Positions 58,527 through 64,000 of a stretch of 64,000 nucleotides of DNA are shown in pieces (positions within the stretch are counted from its first letter, which is position 1; each line of letters begins with the position of its first letter). Source of the DNA: an uncultured Acidobacteriota bacterium (lineage in GTDB: Bacteria; Acidobacteriota; Vicinamibacteria; Vicinamibacterales; SCN-69-37); assembly GCA_963780855.1 (NCBI GenBank), contig CAWADF010000008.1, positions 164,189 through 228,188 on the forward strand, read 5' to 3'. The translations under genes and the position numbers were made by a program. The notes under the pieces are model-generated. The model saw nothing but the letters and a program-made list of their open reading frames with translations, was not told where the DNA came from and did no database searches.

Positions 58527-59963
58527 ATGAGCACCACCTATCCGAATCTGATCGATGGCCGGCGCGTCGAGTCGCGCGACCGCCAGTCGGACATCAACCC
58601 GTCGAACACCGCCGACATCGTCGGCGAATTCTCGCGCGCGACGACGACGGAACTGCACGAGGCGATTGCCGCGGCGCGCCAGGCGTTCGGGACGTGGTCC
58701 CGATCGACGCCGCAGCAACGGTTCGACGTGCTGGACAAGGCCGGCACCGAGATCCTCGCGCGCAAGGACGAGCTCGGCCGGCTGCTCGCGCGCGAGCAGG
58801 GCAAGCCGCTCGCCGACGGCGTCGGCGAAGCCGCGCGCGCCGGCATGATTTTCAAGTTCTTCGCCGGCGAGGCGGTGCGTCTGGCTGGCGAGCGGCTGGA
58901 TTCGACGCGGCCGGGCATCGACGTCGAGGTGACGCGCGAGCCGCTCGGCGTCGTCGCCGCGATCACGCCGTGGAACTTCCCGCTGGCGATTCCCGCGTGG
59001 AAGATCGCGCCGGCGATCGCGTTCGGAAACGCCGTCGTCTTCAAGCCCGCCGAGCTCGTGCCGGCGTCGCCCTGGGCGATAGCGGAGATCGTTCAGCGTG
59101 CGGGGCTGCCGCCGGGCGTGCTCAACCTCGTCATGGGGCCGGGATCGAAACTCGGGCCGGCCCTGGCGTCGTCGCCCGAGGTGGACGCCGTCAGTTTCAC
59201 GGGCTCGCAGGACGTCGGGCCGTCGGTGGCAGCGGCTGCGGTGGCGGCCGGATCGCGCGTCCAACTCGAGATGGGCGGGAAGAATCCGCTGATCGTGCTC
59301 GACGACGCCGATCTGCCGACCGCCGTGTCGATTGCCATCAACGGCGCGTACTTCCAGGCGGGGCAGCGCTGCACGGCGTCGAGCCGGCTGATCGTGACCG
59401 AGGGGATTCACGATCGCTTCGTCGCGGCGATGATCGACCGTATGAAGGCGCTGGTGATCGACGACGCGTTGAAGGCGGGCGTCGAGATCGGGCCGGTCGT
59501 GGACGGACGGCAGTTGGAGAAGGACCTCGAGTACGTGGCGATCGGCCAGCGCGAGGGCGCGCGGCTCGTGCAGGGCGGGGAGCGATTGAAGCGTCAGACC
59601 GACGGGTTCTACATGGCGCCCGCGCTCTTCACGGAGACGACGGGGCAGATGCGCATCAACCGCGAGGAGGTCTTCGGGCCGGTCGCGGCCGTCATTCGCG
59701 TGAAGGACTATGAGGAGGCGTTGGCGGTGGCCAACGAGACGCCGTTCGGGCTGTCGGCGGGCATCGTGACGACCTCGCTGAAGCACGCGCGGCATTTCAA
59801 ACGCAACTCGACGAGCGGGTTGGTGATGGTGAACCTGCCGACGGCCGGGCTCGACTACCACGTGCCGTTTGGCGGGCGAAAGAAATCGAGCTACGGCCCG
59901 CGCGAGCAAGGCACGTACGCGAAAGACTTCTACACGGTGGTGAAGACGGCGTACACGGGGTAG
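58527..59963 (+). CDS. Aldehyde dehydrogenase (2,5-dioxovalerate / alpha-ketoglutarate-semialdehyde dehydrogenase-like by C-terminal motif)
   Basis: Track ORF 58527..59963(+), 478 aa. Blocks are ..ITPWNFPLAIPAWK.., ..LEMGGKNPLIVLDDADL.., ..GQRCTASSRLIV.. and ..VNLPTAGLDYHVPFGGRKKSSYGPREQG.. The last base of stop TAG is the first base of the large inverted repeat. Confidence 0.85.
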   Translation: MSTTYPNLIDGRRVESRDRQSDINPSNTADIVGEFSRATTTELHEAIAAARQAFGTWSRSTPQQRFDVLDKAGTEILARKDELGRLLAREQGKPLADGVGEAARAGMIFKFFAGEAVRLAGERLDSTRPGIDVEVTREPLGVVAAITPWNFPLAIPAWKIAPAIAFGNAVVFKPAELVPASPWAIAEIVQRAGLPPGVLNLVMGPGSKLGPALASSPEVDAVSFTGSQDVGPSVAAAAVAAGSRVQLEMGGKNPLIVLDDADLPTAVSIAINGAYFQAGQRCTASSRLIVTEGIHDRFVAAMIDRMKALVIDDALKAGVEIGPVVDGRQLEKDLEYVAIGQREGARLVQGGERLKRQTDGFYMAPALFTETTGQMRINREEVFGPVAAVIRVKDYEEALAVANETPFGLSAGIVTTSLKHARHFKRNSTSGLVMVNLPTAGLDYHVPFGGRKKSSYGPREQGTYAKDFYTVVKTAYTG

Positions 59964-60072
59964 GGACGGGGCTTTTTTCCACAGATTTGGCCGTTGCAGG
60001 GACGGAGGTCGGCCGCTACGGGTCCGACCCCCGTCCCTTTTTGGCCAAATCTGTGGAAAAAAGCCCCGTCCC
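59963..60072. repeat. 110-bp nested inverted repeat: perfect 30-bp outer arms enclosing a 15-bp inner hairpin
   Basis: The outer left arm gggacggggcttttttccacagatttggcc (59963-59992) is the exact reverse complement of ggccaaatctgtggaaaaaagccccgtccc (60043-60072). The inner stem agggacggaggtcgg (59998-60012) pairs with ccgacccccgtccct (60024-60038), 14/15 paired, with an 11-nt loop. I saw only one copy in this window. Confidence 0.9.
59998..60042 (+). terminator. Rho-independent terminator for the + strand ALS-like/ALDH operon (inner hairpin + T5)
   Basis: A 15-bp GC-rich stem with an 11-nt loop is followed directly by ttttt (60038-60042). It lies 35 nt after stop 59963. Confidence 0.7.
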
Positions 60073-60963
60073 CACCACCCGACGCGCACGCGCGATCACC
60101 GGGGCGTCGACCATGCGGTCGTCGAGGCGGTAGGCGCCCTCGCCGCGCGCGCGGGCGGCGGCGTCGGCGTCGAGCAGACGACGCGCCGCCGCGATTTCTT
60201 CCGCAGACGGCGTGAACACCTCGTTGATCACGGCCACCTGATCCGGGTGAATCGCCATCTTGCCGCGGAAGCCCAGCGATCGTGCACGCACCGCGTCCTC
60301 GCGCAGCCGATCCGCCGACGTCAGATCCACGAACACGGCGTCGATCGGATCAGCGCCGATCGTCGCGGCCGCTAGCACGACCTGGGACCGCGCCAGCTGA
60401 ATCTCGTTACCTCCAAGCGTGCGCGGGATCCCGAGCTCGGCGGTGAGATCCTCCGCGCCGAAGAAGATCGCCGGGATTCGAGCGTTGGCCGACACGATCG
60501 CGGCGGCGCCAAGAATCCCGCGCGCCGTCTCGAGCAGCGGGATCACGGCCCGCGCCGGCGCGACAGCGGCCACCCGATCGACATCGCGGGCCGACTCCGC
60601 CTTCGGCAGCACGACGCCATCGACGCGCGCGGCGACGCCCGCCAGCCACGTCAGATCATCGTCGATCCACGGCGACGCGGCGCCGTTGACGCGAACCAGC
60701 CGCGCCGGGGCCGCGGCGCCCGCCGCACCCTGGCCGAGAAAGTCGCCGACGAGCCGCCGCGCTTCGTCCTTGCGCGTCGCGTCGACAGCGTCCTCGAGAT
60801 CGAGCACCACGGCGTCCGCGCCGGCAGCCATGGCCTTGGCGAAACGGTCAGCTCGAGTCCCGGGCACGAAGAGCACGGAGCGCAGGAGCGACGCCACGCC
60901 GCCATTGTCATCGATCCACGGCACCGCCAGACAGCAATCGCTGGCGCCGGCCGCAGCCGGCAT
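60016..60963 (-). CDS. HpcH/HpaI aldolase - citrate lyase beta (CitE)-like acyl-CoA lyase (citramalyl-/malyl-/beta-methylmalyl-CoA lyase type)
   Basis: Track ORF 60016..60963(-). The start is ambiguous (ATG 60963, GTG 60924 or GTG 60897, the last giving VASLLRSVLFVPGTRADRF). Blocks are ..LRSVLFVPGTRADRFAKAMAAGADAVVLDLEDAV.., ..VVLPKAES.., ..IFFGAEDLTAELG.. and ..GFRGKMAIHPDQV.. The stop codon 60016-60018 sits in the loop of the inner hairpin. The last 19 codons lie in the right half of the inverted repeat. Confidence 0.85.
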   Translation of the reverse strand: MPAAAGASDCCLAVPWIDDNGGVASLLRSVLFVPGTRADRFAKAMAAGADAVVLDLEDAVDATRKDEARRLVGDFLGQGAAGAAAPARLVRVNGAASPWIDDDLTWLAGVAARVDGVVLPKAESARDVDRVAAVAPARAVIPLLETARGILGAAAIVSANARIPAIFFGAEDLTAELGIPRTLGGNEIQLARSQVVLAAATIGADPIDAVFVDLTSADRLREDAVRARSLGFRGKMAIHPDQVAVINEVFTPSAEEIAAARRLLDADAAARARGEGAYRLDDRMVDAPVIARARRVVGTGLFSTDLAKKGRGSDP

Positions 60964-60976
60964 AATGGACGACGCC

Positions 60977-61885
60977 GTGCCGGAGCTGCCGGACGTCGAG
61001 CTTTATCTCCACGCGATGCGGCTTCGGATCGCCGGCCGCACGCTGCGGCGCGTCCGGATTGCCAGTCCGTTCCTGCTCCGCAGCGTCGAACCGCCTATCG
61101 CCGCGGTCGAAGGCCAAGTCGTGCGCGCCCTCTCGCGGCTCGGAAAGCGGATCGTCTGGCACTTCGATTCCGAGCTGGCGCTGGTCGTCCATCCGATGAT
61201 CGCGGGGAGGTTTCGCTGGCGTCCACCGGGCACCGCACCGCCGGCCCGCATCGGCCTCGCCACCTTCGAATTCGACGCCGGCACGGTCGTGCTCACCGAG
61301 GCCGGCGCCAGGCGACGCGCATCGCTGCAGCTGGTCCGCGGCGACGCGGCTCTCGCCGCGCTCGATCCAGGCGGCCTCGAGGTCCTCTCCGCGACGCCCG
61401 ACGCGTTTGCCACGGCGCTGCAACGGGAAAACCACACGCTGAAGCGCGCGCTGACCGATCCGCGCCTCGTGAGCGGCATCGGCAACGCCTACTCGGACGA
61501 GATCCTTCACGCCGCCAGGCTGTCTCCGATGCAGCAGACCATGCGGCTCGACGCGGACGAGCTGGCACGGCTGCACGCGGCGACGATCGGGGTGCTCTCG
61601 ACCTGGCGCGATCGGCTGATCGCGGAGACTGGCGATGCATTTCCCGAGAAGGTCACAGCGTTTCGACAAGGCATGGCCGCGCACGGCCGGTTCGGCAAGC
61701 CGTGTCCGGTCTGCGGCACGCCCATTCAACGCATCCGCTACGCGTCGAACGAGGCAAACTACTGTCCGACCTGCCAGACCGGCGGACGGCTGCTCGCCGA
61801 TCGCAGTCTGTCGAGACTGCTGAAGGAGGACTGGCCGCGATCGCTCGAGGAGCTCGAGCAGTACAAGGCCGACCGGCGCCGCTGA
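60977..61885 (+). CDS. Fpg/Nei-family DNA glycosylase/AP lyase
   Basis: GTG 60977 in frame with track ORF 60419..61885(+) yields (M)PELPDVELYL, placing the catalytic Pro at position 2. The H2TH motif is RLVSGIGNAYSDEILHAARLSP. The C-terminal zinc finger is CPVCGTPIQRIRYASNEANYCPTCQ. Confidence 0.85.
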   Translation: MPELPDVELYLHAMRLRIAGRTLRRVRIASPFLLRSVEPPIAAVEGQVVRALSRLGKRIVWHFDSELALVVHPMIAGRFRWRPPGTAPPARIGLATFEFDAGTVVLTEAGARRRASLQLVRGDAALAALDPGGLEVLSATPDAFATALQRENHTLKRALTDPRLVSGIGNAYSDEILHAARLSPMQQTMRLDADELARLHAATIGVLSTWRDRLIAETGDAFPEKVTAFRQGMAAHGRFGKPCPVCGTPIQRIRYASNEANYCPTCQTGGRLLADRSLSRLLKEDWPRSLEELEQYKADRRR

Positions 61886-61894
61886 TCCCGGACG

Positions 61895-62827
61895 TCATGT
61901 CTCGGCCGGCCGGACGAAGACGTACGCGATGCGCTTGTCGGCGGCTTTGAGCGTTCTGGTGATGGCGCGAATGTCGTCCTTCAACTCGGACGCCCGCGCA
62001 CCCTCGTCGAATCGCAAGGTGATCGCCACGAGCACGACGCGCGGACCCAGGTGGAGCGTGGACAACTCGGCGACGCCCGCCGCGTGCCCGGCCTCGGTCA
62101 GCGCGCGCATCAGCTCGTCGCGAATGAGCGGCGCAACGGACTCGCCGGCGATGAGCGATCGCGTCTCGTTCGCGAGCACGATCGCGACGCCCGTCAGCAG
62201 CATTCCGATCGCAATCGAGGCGACGCCGTCAGCCCACTCGAGATCCAGGAACGCGGAACCCATGACGCCGGCGGCCGCCAAACCAATCCCCGCCAAGGCC
62301 GCTCCGTCCTCGAGAATGGTCGCGAAGAGGCTCGGGTCCTTGGATGCGGTGATGAATCGCCAGAGCCGGACCTGGCGCCGGCCGATGGCCCGGCGGTACG
62401 CCTTGAAGCCGACCAGAAACGACAGGCCCTCGAACACCCCCGCGACGGCGAGCACGGTCAGGCTGACCGACACGGAGGCCATGCCGACGGGCTCTTGTAG
62501 TCGCGCCACGCCCTCATGGATGGAGGCGAGTCCGCCCGCACCGAACACCATCATCGCGACGACGAACGACCAGAAGTACATTTCCATCCCGTAGCCCAGT
62601 GGATGCGTTGGATCGCGTCGCTTCCGCGCGCGACGCTCGCCGATGAGCAACAGGATTTGGTCGGCGGTGTCGACCAGCGAGTGAATGGCCTCTGTCAGAA
62701 TCGCGCTCGAGCCCGACAGCACGTAAGCGACGAACTTGGCGATGGCAATCGCGGCGTTGCCGGCCAGGGCGGCATAGACGACGCGCGTGGATCCACCGGA
62801 CACGCGCCTTTCTTCTTCAAAGCGCAT
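61895..62827 (-). CDS. Cation diffusion facilitator (CDF) family metal efflux transporter
   Basis: Track ORF 61895..62827(-), 310 aa. Blocks are ..AALAGNAAIAIAKFVAYVLSGSSAILTEAIHSLVDTADQILLLIG.. and ..DPTHPLGYGMEMYFWSF.. Six TM segments are followed by a cytoplasmic domain. Confidence 0.85.
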   Translation of the reverse strand: MRFEEERRVSGGSTRVVYAALAGNAAIAIAKFVAYVLSGSSAILTEAIHSLVDTADQILLLIGERRARKRRDPTHPLGYGMEMYFWSFVVAMMVFGAGGLASIHEGVARLQEPVGMASVSVSLTVLAVAGVFEGLSFLVGFKAYRRAIGRRQVRLWRFITASKDPSLFATILEDGAALAGIGLAAAGVMGSAFLDLEWADGVASIAIGMLLTGVAIVLANETRSLIAGESVAPLIRDELMRALTEAGHAAGVAELSTLHLGPRVVLVAITLRFDEGARASELKDDIRAITRTLKAADKRIAYVFVRPAET

Positions 62828-63010
62828 ACCCTCGAGGGCTCGCGGCGTCGCCCCCTCGACTCGTGCCCGTCTGTCAGCCGGGCTGCCCGGATCCGGTAAC
62901 GCCGTGCCGAACTAGGCCATCGGCTTGCCATCCGCCTTGATGGATGTCGCGATCTCGCAGGGACCTGGCGGCGCAATCTCGCGCCGACCGTCAGTGGTAC
63001 CGTATGCGCC

Positions 63011-64000
63011 ATGTCCACACGTCCCGCGCTCGCCGTCGTCGCCGTTCTACTCGCCGTGTCGAGCGCGCCGCTCGCCAGTCATGTCTCCGCGGGTGCCAGC
63101 GCTCCGTTCGCAAGACGTGTCGCGGCGCGCGAGGGCGCCCCGTCCAACGTGCACGGCGTGCTGACGATTCACATGATCCTTCATGCGATTGGCGAAGAGC
63201 AGTACGACCTGACGACCAATCCGGACGGCACGAAGACGCTGACGACCACGTTCGACTATTCCGACCGCGGTCGCCAGACGACGACCACGGCGACGCTGAC
63301 CGTGAGCCGGGACGACCGGCCGGTGACGCTCCAGGTCACGGGCACGGCACCCGCGACGGCGTCGTTCAACGGCGCGACCGCCAGCGTCGAGATCAAGGGT
63401 GTCGCGAAGACGATGCCGATGCCGCGCGGGTCCGCGGGCGTCATCAGCCAGACGCCGTTCGCGCTGCAGTGGATGATGATGCGCACCTGGATCGCGCGTG
63501 GCGAGCCGAAGCAGCTGGCGCTCGTGAGTCTGGACCCGCACGCCGAACCGATCGAAATCGCGCGCGTTGGACGCGACGTCATCAGCGTCGGCGGCCGTTC
63601 GATCGCGCTCGAACGCTACACGGTCAATCACCTGATGTTCGGTCGAGAGATTCTCTGGCTGACGCCGGATGGCGATCTGGCGGCGGCCATGACGTTTGCC
63701 GGCGGCCTTCCGCTCGAAGCCGTCCGGTCGGAGTTCGAGCCGCAGCTGCCGGTGCTCTATCGTGCGGGCGTCGCGCAGGAGATGGCCAACCTTGCGGCCA
63801 TCGGGCGCGACGTGCCGCCGCAGAGGACCGGAACGTTCGCCATCGTCGGCGCGACGCTGATCGACGCGACCAACCAGCCGCCCGTGCCCGATGCCGTCGT
63901 CGTCGTCCGCGACGGCCGGATTGCGGCGGTGGGCCCGCGCGCGTCCACGCCGGTTCCGGCGGGCACGGCGGTGATCGACGTCAAGGGCCAGACAGTGCTG
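63011..64000 (+). CDS. Secreted amidohydrolase-family protein with ~230-aa N-terminal extra domain; 3' end off window
   Basis: Not in the ORF track because it is open at the window end. Hand translation from ATG 63011 gives MSTRPALAVVAVLLAVSSAPLASHVSAG... ending ..TFAIVGATLIDATNQPPVPDAVVVVRDGRIAAVGPRASTPVPAGTAVIDVKGQTVL. This is the usual beginning of metal-dependent amidohydrolase domains. Confidence 0.65.
   Translation, partial: MSTRPALAVVAVLLAVSSAPLASHVSAGASAPFARRVAAREGAPSNVHGVLTIHMILHAIGEEQYDLTTNPDGTKTLTTTFDYSDRGRQTTTTATLTVSRDDRPVTLQVTGTAPATASFNGATASVEIKGVAKTMPMPRGSAGVISQTPFALQWMMMRTWIARGEPKQLALVSLDPHAEPIEIARVGRDVISVGGRSIALERYTVNHLMFGREILWLTPDGDLAAAMTFAGGLPLEAVRSEFEPQLPVLYRAGVAQEMANLAAIGRDVPPQRTGTFAIVGATLIDATNQPPVPDAVVVVRDGRIAAVGPRASTPVPAGTAVIDVKGQTVL

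Noticed and set aside
59797-60215. Track ORFs 59797..59982(-), 59994..60215(+) and the N-terminus of 58512..60089(-) that translate the palindrome arms (PNLWKKAPS / PQIWPK peptides).
   Set aside because: They are mirror-image read-throughs of the inverted repeat and overlap well-supported genes, with no independent coding evidence.
62829-62838. Short palindromes in the CDF/amidohydrolase spacer, such as ccctcgaggg just upstream of the CDF start at 62827, as metal-regulator operators.
   Set aside because: They are only 10 bp or less and GC-only, so chance occurrence is likely in this base composition. No adjacent regulator gene is present.
1-64000. Searched for rRNA, tRNA, CRISPR arrays, transposases, integrases, phage genes, and toxin-antitoxin or known defence-system gene sets.
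   Set aside because: Coding density leaves almost no room for them. The few gaps (32844-33080, 37843-38008, 38618-38839, 47354-47620, 48365-48986, 62828-63010) contain no cloverleaf-like or regularly spaced repeat structure that I could see. No ORF translation resembles recombinases or nucleases of defence systems.

Overview
This window is a very GC-rich bacterial chromosomal segment with about 55 tightly packed genes on both strands. Many adjacent genes overlap as ATGA or GTGA. I saw no rRNA, tRNA, CRISPR array, transposase or integrase. All calls rest on reading the ORF-track translations and hand-translating DNA; no homology search was run, so family names are motif-level recognitions.

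Gene content, in order:
- 1-3747: sugar-type ABC importer.
- 3821-11911: secreted peptidases and an orphan FtsX permease.
- 11942-22978: an ion and osmolyte neighbourhood. It holds a CPA2 antiporter, a fused trehalose-6-P synthase/phosphatase, MarR coupled to MscS, a ClC channel, a GH15 hydrolase and a NhaP antiporter.
- 22938-26671: an OmpR-type two-component pair and HtrA.
- 26781-38617: miscellaneous small enzymes.
- 38840-44693: an MFP-RND-OMF efflux operon.
- 44711-48442: a triple-GAF sigma-54 activator next to a PEP-CTERM protein gene that has a textbook -24/-12 promoter.
- 48987-60963: an 11-gene organic-acid / acyl-CoA catabolic block.
- 60977-64000: Fpg/Nei glycosylase, a CDF transporter and a partial amidohydrolase.

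Most notable observations:
1. The catabolic block combines an itaconate-degradation-like core (MaoC hydratase, family III CoA-transferase, acyl-CoA dehydrogenase, PrpD-family protein, CitE/HpcH lyase) with two ThDP enzymes, two aldehyde dehydrogenases and a beta-hydroxyacid dehydrogenase. I cannot assign this combination to a known pathway.
2. A 110-bp nested, perfectly inverted repeat (59963-60072) lies between convergent genes and supplies the last ~19 codons of the CitE-like ORF.
3. There are 29 reading-frame breaks confined to seven genes, while about 45 neighbouring genes are intact. Most behave as one extra base in short G/C runs. This is either locally poor consensus or indel-only pseudogenisation.
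4. Two sigma-54-type promoter motifs flank the activator gene.

I found nothing that I can confidently call a wholly new system from sequence alone.
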